Origin: the human T2T-CHM13v2.0 reference genome, Homo sapiens
Length of the DNA: 64,000 bases
Reading direction: 5' to 3' (one strand)
NCBI RefSeq assembly: GCF_009914755.1
Contig: NC_060935.1
The position numbers and the translations under genes are program-made. This document shows positions 28,034 through 42,849 of this stretch, piece by piece. Every line of letters begins with the position of its first letter. The stretch's first letter is position 1. Under the pieces are notes generated by a model. The model was given only the letters and a program-made list of their open reading frames with translations, was not told the origin of the DNA and ran no database searches.

Positions 28034-31000
28034 ATAATGAGAACACATGGACACAGGAAGGGGAACATCACACTCTGGGGACTGTTGTGGGGTGGGGGGA
28101 GGGGGGAGGGATAGCATTGGGAGATATACCTAATGCTAGATGAGGAGTTAGTGGGTGCAGCGCACCAGCATGTCACATGTATACATATGTAACTAACCTG
28201 CACATTGTGCACATGTACCCTAAAACTTAAAGTATAATAAGAAAAAAAAGAAAAAAAGAAAAAAGTTTGTTAAGTTCTTAGGCAAGAGTGAATGAGCTAA
28301 AGTCCACTGACCTGCTCTTGCTTCATTCTTTTCTTCATTGTTCATTTACTTTACCAATTCCACTTTTCCCCTTTTTTAGAGTTTTTTAAACTAATTCTTC
28401 TTCAGAGGTTTTTTTTATTTTAGAGTTTTTAAAATTAATACCAGAAATTAATGATTTCAGGATGATCTTCATCACCTTTATTTCTATGGCTCCAAACATG
28501 CTTGTATTTAATTTTCTACTGGAAATGTCTGTGCAATGCAAGAACATAAGGGTTTCCTCTCCAATATAAACATGGTGAAATTGTTTGCTTTAATTTTCTG
28601 TCTTACTGTTATAAAATGGAAAGGGATAATAAATGCATCTTGGATTCTTGATCTTTTGATATAATTTCTAACTTTAATATTACCTTAAAAAATCATCCCC
28701 CACTGGACAGAAGAAATTACTTTGGCATTTCTTCTTGCATTACAATAATGCACAAGGAACTGAAATACAGTGAATAGGATCTAATCCTGTCCTCAAGAGG
28801 TTTATAGACTTGTAAAGAAATAAGACAAGAAACCAGTCAACTACAATTCAGTTGTGAAAAATGTTCTCTCACTAGAGAGTTACTTTTTGAGATCGGATCC
28901 CAAGCACACAGAGCTGGAGTGCAGGAGATCTCCTGAGAATTGGCATCCCCACCACTCTAATGCAGTGCCACAGCTCTGTCAATATGGGGAATGTCCGTCA
29001 GTGTCCTGGCAGGGATCAGCAGATACATTTTAGCTCTTCAACCGCAAAGCAAAATAAGCAAAATGTCAGCACTGTCTTAACAAGATTGCCTGTTAAAAGG
29101 GTGTTTAATTCTTGGGATAGAATTTCAGTTGACTCAAATGGCAGGCACACCCTCAAGTTCCCAAATGTCCATGTCTAGAAGAGTATCAGAATTATCATGC
29201 CCTGGTTCAATTTGGCACATAGCTCAGACAATAGCTCTCACAACCCCACTTATGAGTCAAATATGGGAATGGGTGGCTGACTTTAAACTTCCAAAGCCCA
29301 TTCTGTTCTCCAAATCTTGGAATTATGGTGTCTTTCAAGAAAGACCATAAAAAGGCATGGAAATATTTGTAAGAGCAACATAAATAATGTGAAATCGATT
29401 TTTTAAATCAGGTCCACTCTACATGCATGACCAGGTCAAAGTATTTAAAAACATACATTGACATCATGGCAACTAGCTTAGTGTGAAAAATCTCATCTAT
29501 GGAAACACACAGGTTTCTGTGACATGAAATGAGATTATTGACCATTTATGCTACAATGGATTGAACAAAAGGAATGGAAGAAGTAATATGCTAAATTAGA
29601 ATCATGATTAACTTGTTTTACCAGCTTAGGCAACGCATACAACTGTAAACCACTCTGGTCCAGGAAATCAGATATAAGAGTTCTAGTGATGCCTGTCCTA
29701 CTAACTGCAGCCTTAGGAAAGACCCTTCACCTCTCTAACATAAAGATGATACTTGTCCTTTATGCATTATAAGGCTCAGAACTTGAGGAGTGCAACCAAG
29801 GTTTTCTCACAAATGCTTGAGAAAAGTCAGAGCTCTTTTTTAAGGGAAATCACAACCCTAACCACATATGTTCCTGTTCCCCAAGCCTCTACTGAAATGG
29901 CTTGGCCCTCCAACTTGGCAAGAATGTGAGTAAAGCTCTTAACATTCATAACATAATGATAACTCTACCTCCCTCATGTCTGGTGTCTAAAGCACATGGC
30001 TTTCACATTAGCTAACATAAAAGAATAGCTGTTCCATGGGTAGTTGTAAGAGAGGCGTGAATTGTCTGTGAGCCTGCACCTGACAAAGACTAGCTTGAGA
30101 CATCTGATATTTGAAAAAGACAGTCTAATGGATATGCTGAATATCCTTCCTTCTAGGTTCTAACATCTTGAGTTAGATCATCAGGAAGCAACGTACCTGG
30201 GTGAAATTATCTCAGTTCTCCATAGAAATGCCTTCACTGACTAGTGATAAAGGATTTTTTCCTGAGCCTTTACTGAGGGTCGATATGAAAACTGGCTTAT
30301 CAGTATTTCTATTGTTTTTGGAAAGCTGTTGCCAGGCAGTGTCCACTATGCCTGCAAATAACCAGTTTTGAAAGGGAGCACAGAAATTCACATTTAACTT
30401 AATTTCAAGAAGAGGTTAGTTTCTGTCTGTGAGTGTGTATGCTTTCTTTGGTGTGCAGTGAATATCAAGTAACTAATGAGCTTCCCTTTTTGCACAGGTA
30501 TGAGAAAACTCACAGCTAAATTCATACATACCTTAGAAATTCACTTACTTTAGGTTATGGCACTTTATTCTTCATGGTTTTTAAAAATAGTCTTTCTTCT
30601 ATTTTAATTATCAAATACCCATTTTACATGTTTGACTTGGGAGCTACTTTCTATATTTTTCAGATTTCAGAAGTATATAGCTGAGGGTAAGTAGGAAAGG
30701 AAATAAAACTCATGGAACATGACTCTGTTACAGGGAGTTTAAATACATAACCTTAGGTATTTAACAGCAACACCCTTTCCTAATTTAGAGATGAGGTTCA
30801 GATATATCAAATAACATAATCAACATTACAGAACTAGTAAGAGTCACAGCTGATATTTGAACCCAGTTTTTTCTGATTTTGTCCAAAGCCTATCTTCCTA
30901 TTTATGATCTACTACATATATATTAAACATTCATTATTCATTATTATCATAAGTTAACTTGGGGCTTGGTTATTAAGTTGATTAATTAAATACCCATTCC

Positions 31001-31065
31001 CTTTTGTTGTATTGTTGTGAGGATAAAATAATACTAAATACATGAAAGCACTCTGAAAGAACTTT

Positions 31066-31373
<308 letters not shown>

Positions 31374-32454
31374 TCTGAAAGAATTTTAAAATGGTATACA
31401 ACTGTATTGTATTATCTATTACTCTCATATTGATAATTATAAGTCTTGAATTATTATATCAAGATTTAAGGACTGTACGTGAGTATGTAATTCTAAATCT
31501 TGAGGGCTTCCTTGCTTACTCTATTAGTACTCAAGAATGATTTTTAACCAAGTGGTGTGCCAAGAAGAGTTTTGGTAAAAGTCCCTAGGATGTAAAATTC
31601 TTTACAGAAGTTCACCAACAAATGACATTCTAAAGTAAACTTCAGCTCATAAAATTGCTATTCTAGTAAAGAAATTATTCTGACACAATTCCATCTTCCT
31701 GAGCCATCTGAAGCCATCCATTTGAAAATCCTACAGTGGTTCTCTGACCTGCAAACAGGTATTTTCTATTTGTGAGTATGTCAAATAAAGAAGGATAAAC
31801 TGTTTTTTTTCCTACAGACTGAGAAACAGCCTCAGACTTTAATGAAATGATCAACTGTCTCTAAAAACAGACAAGAACAGTCTCTGCACTCTTCATCTTA
31901 GCCCAAATCCTCAGCCAATATTAAAGTGCAACCTCATCATACTTGATCCTATTTCATTAATAAGTTTCACTCTCTCTTCTTATTCCAGCTCTTTATCCTT
32001 GCAATAAAAAAGACTTTTACTGCTTCAGCTTTTGAAACTAGTTATATTTTTCATTTTGTGTGTTACTATTTCCTTTAGCTTGTCAGTAAAATATATATAT
32101 ATGAACAAAACATTCTACATTAGAAAGCACAAATATTCTTCTAAGCCCCAACAGCAAGTATCACACAATGAAAACATCACTGTAATGGAAAGATTTCAGT
32201 GCCGCTTCATTATTAAAAAGATAAACAACTCAGGAAGTAGACTGCAGAACTTGGTGCTATTTAAATAAAGCTTAATTCCTTCGGTGAACATTTAGCAAAC
32301 TGCTGACAAAATATTTTCTTTATCTTATTTTTAAATTAATGAATTGCAATAATACCCTCATGTAACCCTTGTCTAGACATTATCATTGCTGGTGGTTGGG
32401 GTGCATTTGTTTTAAGAGCCCAGAAATAAGCCCCTACATCTATGATCAATTGAT

Positions 32455-32631
32455 TTTCTTTTTTCTTTTTCTTTTTTTTTTTTTGACTTATGCTCTCACT
32501 GTGTTGCCCAGGTTAGAGTACAGTGGCATGACCATGACTCACTGCAGCCTCGACCTCCCAGGCATAGGACACTTGCTCACCTCTGCCTCCCAAAGTACTG
32601 GGATTACAGGCATGAACCACCATGGCTGGCC
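32455..32631 (-). mobile_element. AluJ-derived monomer (left-arm start joined to right-arm end)
   Basis: Poly(T), then gttgcccaggttagagtacagtggc...ctcccaaagtactgggattacaggcatgaaccaccatggctggcc. Confidence 0.8.
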
Positions 32632-33004
32632 GGGGTGCATGTTTTTTTCTTACTTTTATTTGAATTACCAAAGATCCTTGGACATTGACAAAAGCGTATA
32701 ATGAGAAATGTCATCTAGGCTTCTGGTGCCCTATAAATGATAAAGACAGATGAGATAATAATAACGTGTGACCCTTGGAACCAACATAACAAAGACTGTT
32801 CCAGGCAGTCACAGAAACACTATTAGAGAAGTAGCCAAAAGAAAAACTGGGGGTTGCAGAGATAAGAAGTGTCATCCCTTCCTGAGAAGAGTAGCTCTGA
32901 CCCAAAAGATCAACTGGGGGGAACTGCCCATGGAGCATCAGTACAGGAAGCTTCAGGGCTCCCTTAAAGCCAAGGCTAACACAGAAACAACAACAACAAA
33001 AAAT

Positions 33005-33825
33005 CAGCATGGGAGTATTCTTTCAGGTTTCCTGGAAGCAGAGCCTGGTAGAGATTAGGCAAGCAATCTGTAAAGGAGGGAAGCAAGCAGAATAGAGAGG
33101 AGAGAGAATCAAGCAAGGATATAGTCAGTGATATCTAGCCTTGGCCTGATGCTTTCAGATAGGTGAGGCTCTAGACTAAGATTGGGCAAGCTTTTCATGT
33201 AAACAGCAGGATAGTGTGTCTTGCACCTACTCAATTCTGCCATTGTAGCATACAACCAACCACAGATAATAAAATAAATGAGTCCAGCCCTGTTCTAGTA
33301 AAATATTACTTACAAAAGCAGGCAGTGGGCTGGATTTGGCCAAGGGGCTGCAGTTTGTTGACTCTTTCTCTAGGGTATAAATCACACCATGGAGCTGCGA
33401 CCTTCCCCCTACCCCAGAGGAAGGGAATTTGGCCTTTTGTACCCTGTAACAGTCATCAGCTGTGGCGGTGGGGTGAAGGTGGTGTCTGAACTCTCAGAAC
33501 CGGTTCCCACCAGCCAGGACAGTGTTTTTCAATCCTCACTGTGAATCAGTATCACATGGAGGGCTCATTAAAACACAGATTTCTGGGCCCAACCCTAGAG
33601 TGTGTGACTCAGTAGTTCTGGGATGGAGCCCAAGAATTTATATTTCTAGCAAGTTTCTAGATGATGTTAATGCTGCTTGTTTGGGAGCCACTCTTTGATA
33701 CCACATAGCTCAGACGGTTCCCCGGAGGAAGGGACAGCTGTGAGCCCTTTGCAATCAACACTCACAACAACTAGAGGCAAGACCAGTAAAGAGTGTCTCA
33801 GCAGGGCATCCACAGCACCCAGTAC
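33005..33825 (-). mobile_element. ERVL LTR (LTR33-like) containing nested MER58A (~33172-33372) and MER5A (~33520-33708)
   Basis: ggtttcctggaagcagagcctg and ggacagctgtgagccc LTR motifs; ctgccattgtagc...gggctggatttggcc (MER58); aaaacacagatttctgggccc...gcccaagaatt (MER5A). Confidence 0.65.
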
Positions 33826-34693
33826 AATGCTATGTCCAACTGGCAGGGTAGAAATATACAGATTTTTAAAATATACCTCTGAATAAGAAAATATTTTTAT
33901 TCATACTACACTCTGTTTTTGATGAGGCTGCTTATTCCTGAACTGTCCTTCTTGCCTAACCTACTCTGATCCAGCTACTTCTTAACACTCATTTACAACC
34001 TTCTGAATATCTATATGTATTTATATGTGTTTTCTACTATGTGTTTATTAATGCATTCACTGGTATTCATTGGCATACTAATCTTTGTTAGGTTCTAATC
34101 TCTTTGAAAGCACAGACCATGGTTTTTTTCCTAATTTTATAACTAACACTATCAAGGGAAGAGGATTCTATGCACGTCACAGCTGCTTTAAAACAATATT
34201 TCCCTAGGGAATATGAAACTAGTAGCATGTAGAAACTAAGAGTTCCTTCATTTAGTTCCCCTCATCACTCCTATCTTGTTCTTTTCCTGTATTTCTGATA
34301 TCATAAAATATACTCCCAGCCAACTGACATTAAGGGCATAAATATTGAATCTTTCACTAAATTTGTCTTCATATGTATTACAGTCCCACCAATAATGCCT
34401 TTCCATGGGCACTCTAATCTTGGTTCATAGATTCATTTCAAAGAGACCAAAGCAGGAAGAAAAATTTTAATTTGTGCTTTATGAAGTCAGCTGTCTAAGA
34501 CTCGTATAGTTTGAAGGCAAAAAAAAAAAAAAAAAAAAGAAATAGATCACTTTTCCTGAACTGTGTATTTAAATCTTGACTTGATCTTTCTTCATACCCT
34601 TGAAAGCAAAAAAATGTGGGTTGTAGTTGTAACTAGTTAAATAATCAGGTCAATTTCTACAGTGAAATTAAATCTATCTAAATAATAATGACT

Positions 34694-34835
34694 GGCCAGG
34701 CATAGTAGCTCATGCCTGTAATCCCAAAACTCAGTGGGGACCAACGCAGGAGGATCTCTGGAGCCCAGGTGTCCAAGTCTGCAGTGAGTTTTGACTGTAC
34801 TCCAATCTGAGTAACAGAGCAAGACTCTGTCTCAA

Positions 34836-34871
<36 letters not shown>

Positions 34872-34960
34872 TTGATGGAGTGACTTTGACTTCAAGTGTT
34901 CAGATACTAATACACACACACATGCACACATATACATATACATATACATACACATACAGT
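34694..34960 (+). mobile_element. Alu monomer (FLAM/FRAM-like) with (CA)n tail, followed by a CA/TA microsatellite
   Basis: ggccaggcatagtagctcatgcctgtaatccc...gcaagactctgtctcaaacata(ca)n. Confidence 0.75.
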
Positions 34961-35329
34961 AGGCCAAGGAAAAATACCTAGTCATTACACTGGCTCAATT
35001 GGCCCAAGCTTGAGATTGGAAACTGAGGGGATGAATAAAATGAGTGGAATTATATTCTATAGAGATCAAAGCAACACACACTCTAGTAGCAAGGCCAAGC
35101 CAATATAGTTTAGAAAGCACCGAGAGTCAAAAATCAGGCAAATAAAGTAATAACAGAAAGACCAGAGTGCAAGAGCTAGATCATAAGCCACATATGAATC
35201 CACAATCCAAACAAAAATCCAGGAGCAGTTCGGACATAAGAGATCATAAAAAATGGAAGGATAAACAGGTGATAACTGAAAGGAAAGAGGATAAACATAC
35301 TTGATATGTTTGCTTTTTCTTTATTGCTC

Positions 35330-38300
35330 AAAAGGTGTGGAGGCATACATGAAAATTGAAAGCAAAGGCATTATTTTGTAATGTTGAACAATAGCATATT
35401 TATAATCCAACAATACCTCCTAGGTATGGAAGTTAGAAAAACTTACAAAGGCACACCAACAGCTATAAATAATAGTTCAAAGCAATGCTGTTCATAAAAA
35501 TAAATAACTAGAAACTGCCCAAAAGCCTATTTATAGGAAATAAATAAATTGTGGTATATACACATAATAGAATATCATACATTGGGGTAATAAATAATCT
35601 TCAGCTACATGCAACAACATGAATGAATCTTAAAAATACAATGCTGTATCAAGAAAGTAAATCATACAAACCCTGCTTCCACTTGAACTATGGAAATCTA
35701 GAAGAGATTGTTGTTCCCATCCTAATAACAACAGCACATGTCAGATAATATATAAAATCAAAACTTTTATTGAACCTATCAGAGATCCAAAGTCATAAGG
35801 CAACCATGAGAAATAAATTCCAGAAACAGACAAATCCCTCCAAGGACAGACAAGATACAGGAATTGTTTACCCTTGTCAAGGCACAAGAGAAATAGGAAG
35901 GTCACGCTAGATGAAGGTAAGAAGAAATCAGCTAAAATTTTAATAAATTCGTAAAGGTCAAATATGGGCTAGCATATACATTTAGGATAACTAGTCACCC
36001 AGATACAAGAGTAGTTCATACACACAAGCTCTTCTCCATGGGCCTCCAACAGGTGCTCACTCTCAAGAAAAACTAGAGTTAGAACAGAAAACCAGAGAGA
36101 TTGCCTTTTACTGGTGCAAGTATGCAAAAGGTGAACAGCTGCTTGGATTCAGGCCCCAAACACCACCCACTTCCCTGGACTCATCTCTCATAAAAAAAAG
36201 CAAAAGCCTTAAGCCACTTGGGGAGGGACAGCAAATCCTCTTGCCCCCAAGGTCCCTGGAGAAGGAACAGAAGCAAAATGTATCAGCCTCTGGGGAAAGG
36301 GTATGGTACTCTCCTTCCTGCCATCAGAATCTTCTTGAAAGATAGAAACAAAGCTATTTTCTCCAAGGGAAGAAGAAAAAAAGTCTTTATGTCCCACCAT
36401 TCTGCACCAATACAAAATGGAGGTCTGCTACCCTAGGGGAAGGTCAGAAAACCCTTCTACCCAAGACCTGCCAAAAGATACAGGGCGGTTTGGCTGCCAT
36501 AAATGGAAATGGCAGGAACACCGAAAAAGCCCTCCTTCCAAGACCAAGGTGCGTAGGTCCTGGCTAAGAAGAAGGCTGGCCCAGGAGAACAAAGTTATCC
36601 CTTGTTTCTCACAACGAACCTAGCAGTAAGTAACAAACAATAGCAATCTACCTCTGGGGAAGGGGCAATCATACAGAGAGAGAACCTTGTGACACAGGCA
36701 TACAGGGACTTCTGAAAGCTCCGGGTAGGGCATAAGCACAGACAAAAACCTCAGTACTCCAGGCCCCAAAACTGTTCACGGCTGGAGCAACTTACAGCCT
36801 GTGATACACTGAGAGTAACTTTAGCAACAAGAAAATCAAAACCTAGTTGAACTACTGACTAGGTGGACTCAACTTTACATGCTAGCAGACTGAAAAAAGA
36901 GGCATGCCCATTTCCAGGTATAAATGCTATTTACTTCAGTCTCTACTCTCCTTCTACAAATGATATCCCATACTCAATCAAAAATTGTGAGACTAGCAAA
37001 AAAGGCAAGAAAAAAAAAGAACCATTGTCAAGAGATAAAGCAATAAACAGAATCAGACTCGGAGATAATTCAGGTTTTAGGAGTATCAGGTAGAGACTTC
37101 AGAATAATTATGATGAATATGTTAAAGATTTTAGGAAAAAAATTGATAACATGCATAAACAGATGAGAAATTTCAGCAAAGACATTGAAACTATAAAAAC
37201 AAAAAATAACAAAGCTAAAAATAAAAACTGGATATCAGAGATAAATAATTGTTTCAACAACTTAACAGTAAATTGCACATAGATGAAGGAAGAATCAGTG
37301 AATTTGGGGATAGGACATTAAAAATTAACCAATCTTAAAGACAAAAAGAAAAAGATTGAGCAATGTTGAGAGAGGAGAAAACAAAACCAATCAGAGAGTC
37401 CCAGACCTATGGTAACATCATCAAATCGTCGAAAATACCTGCAATTGGAGCTCCAAAATGAGAAAGACAGACTTCTCAACAGAAATTTTGTGAGCTGAAA
37501 GACAATGGAGTCTCACTGTTAAAGTGCTGAAAGAAAAATTCCCAATCCAGAGTTCTATACTCAGCAAGATTATTCACCAAAAACAAAGTTACAATAAAGA
37601 CCTTACCAGAGAATCAAAAGCTGAAACAATTTACAGCCAGCTGACCTGGACTGCAAGCAGAAAGAGGATAATATCAGATTAAAATTTAGATTGAATGGAG
37701 AAATGGAGAGCAATAGAGATGATAGAAATGAGAGTAAATATTTAAATGTTTTAGAATTTTAAATAAATGTAAAAGGAAATTAGATATCCAAAATGAGAGT
37801 AAATATTTAAATGTTTTAGAATTTTAAATAAAAGTAAAAGGAAATTAGATATCTAAAGCAGGATTTATAACATACAAGAAAAATTTTGTGACAACAATAG
37901 TACAAAAGGTGAGAGGGAGGAAATGGAAGTATCCTGTTATAACATTCTAACATTACATATGAAGTGGTATAATATGATATAAAGTTAGACTATGATGAGT
38001 TAAAGACACATATTGTAAATCTTAGAGCAAGCACCTAAGAAATTAAAAAGATTTAACAAAAAAGGCAAGTGGGGGTAATAGAGAATCATAAAAAATGTTT
38101 AGTTAATCCAAAAGAAATGAGGAAAAGCAGAAAAAAAGGAAAAAAGAACAGATCATAGAAATAAAGGATAAGATGGTATGTTTCAATTCAACCATAACTA
38201 AAATACATTAAAGATAAATTGAACACCCTAATTTTTAAAATGATAATTCATGAAACTTAACTACAGTATAATAGCATTTTTATAAGCCTCAAAAATGAGC

Positions 38301-38560
38301 AAAACTGAACAATATCTTGCTTAAGGATGTGTGTTTATATAACTATTTGAAATCTGAATGATAAGATTCGCAGCCAGGATTACTTCTGCAAGGGAGATGA
38401 GAATGGCGGATTTAAAAGGAGCACAGCAATTTTAGTGATTTATTGTAATTCTGGTTTTTGAGTTGGATGTTGGGTATATGTTGCATTACTATGCTTTAAT
38501 ACTCATATATATATTACATAGATATTTTCTCTTAGATATTTAATACAATACTTCCAAAAA
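35330..38560 (+). mobile_element. Old L1ME 3' end (35330-35670 and 38255-38560) interrupted by an old L1M 5'UTR/ORF1 block (~35677-38230)
   Basis: gcaacaacatgaatgaatctt...aatgctg continues as tacagtataatagc...gcaaaactgaacaatat; ORF1-like A-rich text such as cccaatccagagttctatactcagc lies between. Confidence 0.6.
37726..37855 (+). repeat. 65-bp tandem duplication (2 copies, 63/65 identical)
   Basis: aaatgagagtaaatatttaaatgttttagaattttaaataaa(t/a)gtaaaaggaaattagatatc(c/t)a at 37726 and 37791. Confidence 0.95.
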
Positions 38561-39199
38561 CAAGATTGAATAAACAAGGACCTCACAATAAACTAGATTG
38601 ATTTTCAAAAAGTAAAGGGAGAAATGGTTTCTAGAACTGCGAGATATTCCAAAAATTCTAGTTCAATAAAATTTATTGATTACATATTTTATGTATAAGA
38701 TGCCAAGCTAAGCAGTGGATATAAAATTATGAAAAAGTCGCCATTTCTAACTTTGAATAGCATGGCAGACAAGTTTAATGTCAAATCTCTGTCTGAAAAT
38801 AATGTTGCTTGGATTTGCTTTAAAATTACATAGTGATGGAGGGCACAAAGAGGGAGTAGGTGGAGATACAGGTGAAATAAAAGGGGCCATGTATTGATAA
38901 TTTTTGAAGCTGTGTGGTTGGTACAAAGTGTTTATTATACTATTTTTCCACATTTGTATATGTTTTCAATTTTTCTTAACAAGAAATGGATGTGTTTCTT
39001 TTGTATAAACTATCTGGTATACTTTTTTCCAATTTTCTTATTTTTAATTTTTGTGGGTACATAGTAGGTGCATATTGGTTCAGTACTTCTAAATGAAAAA
39101 TAGGAGGAGGAAATTGATGAAATTTGACAAACAATTAAAAAGCTAAGTGACAATTTCATGACCGAAAGTTTTTGACAAGCTAGAACAATGGGCTAAATT

Positions 39200-40870
<1,671 letters not shown>

Positions 40871-41079
40871 CCTTCCCAAATCTAATAGAAATAATTATAT
40901 AATACTTTATTTGGTTCACAAACTACACACATAGTTTAGTATGCACACATGTAGAAAAAGTATGAGAAATAATTATGAATTAAATACAGATAGACACTTT
41001 GGCATAGTTGACCAAAAAGCCAGTTCAATCTTAATATATACACACAGAATTCAAAATAAAGGAGGCAAGAGTACCCTAT

Positions 41080-41201
41080 TCTTCTTCTTTTTTTTTTTTT
41101 TTTTTTAATGGAGATGGATTCTCGCTCGGTCACCCAGGCTGGAGCGCAGTGACATGATCTCGGCTCACTGCAACCTCTGCCCTCTGCCTCCAGGATTCAA
41201 G
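41080..41201 (-). mobile_element. 5'-truncated Alu (3' ~95 nt plus tail)
   Basis: Poly(T) then gagatggattctcgctc...ggattcaag; flanks ccctattcttctt / ccctattattcatt resemble a TSD. Confidence 0.85.
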
Positions 41202-42438
41202 CCCCTATTATTCATTATTACTGGTACCATATATGAGGCAATAATTCATTTGGATCTGGGCCAGATACTAAGAAGGATATGAACCATGTACCACTCTCTG
41301 TAAATGGAGTAAGCTTTTTCCAGCCAGTATGAATTCACCTTCACTGAAGGCACTGAAGCAAAGAATATCAAAGTTAATTTTGAAGTGATGTAATGAAGTC
41401 AAAGTGTTAGGAATTGTTTTCTTCATCCAAAACAATATTAATAAAACACCTACTCTGGGCCAAAGATTATATAGACATGGGGATATGACAATGGAAAAGG
41501 TAGATGTGTATACAGCCTGGAAAAGACTTGGTTGAAGTTATAAAACTAAACATTATTTTCTCCAATCTGTAGAATCTATACTTAGAGAGATAGAAATGCA
41601 GAGAGCAAGATGTCCTGAGTTATTTTAATTATGCTCTGGAAACCCTCAGGTCACCATGATCATGAGTAATCAGTCAGATTCTAACTGACTGTTTCTACCT
41701 AGAATTCAGTTCTGTTCTGTTTTTGTATTTTGGATAATAAATCTGGACTTCCTCAGCCTTGTTGCTTGTTACCTTACCTTAAACCTCTCTCCAATTAGTA
41801 TTTGAAATGGTGCGAGTACAAAAACCAGAGACAAGCAATTCATCATACACCTCTGCTTTTACTGAGCTTCCATATCTGCTAGATGGTTTATAGAACACAA
41901 AGCTAATAATGGCCTTGCCCTATAGTTTGGTACTCTGGGCAGGAGTGTTTTCCACCTATGACCCATTCGTCATATTGTATATTAATATGTTTTATACATG
42001 TGGCTATGACTTTACCTTCGGAAATGTGCATACTCTCTTTAAGCAACTTCTTAATCACTTACAATTCGTTCACTCATTTACACTAATTAGCTCACCTGCA
42101 TTTCCCAAGTGCCTACTATGTACCACTTAACCTGCTGGGCATTAGAGGTAAAAAAATGATTTTTTATAATTATCTCACTATAGTTTAATTTCATTTGGCT
42201 TTTATAGCTATCTGTGAACAAAGGAAAATAGCTTTCAAGCTGATAGCTTGTATTAGTATAATTCACACATCTCACCCAGTAACACATGTACACACAAGCA
42301 CTTGCATACACATGACTAAAATGACTTGTTCTTCACATTGTCTTGTCAGAATCTGCTTTATTTTATAAATCACTTCATTCCTGAAGTTTTCTCTAACTCT
42401 CTTAGTTCGAAATGATCTTTCCTTTTATATTTTATTAG

Positions 42439-42849
<411 letters not shown>

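Noticed and set aside
28940-29200. Unique-looking stretch as a possible conserved enhancer or exon
   Set aside because: No recognisable peptide or motif set; conservation cannot be judged from one sequence.
30640-30692. Possible microexon (tttttcag|23 nt|gtaagt)
   Set aside because: Splice-like motifs are common by chance; there is no partner exon or recognisable peptide, so it needs RNA-seq.
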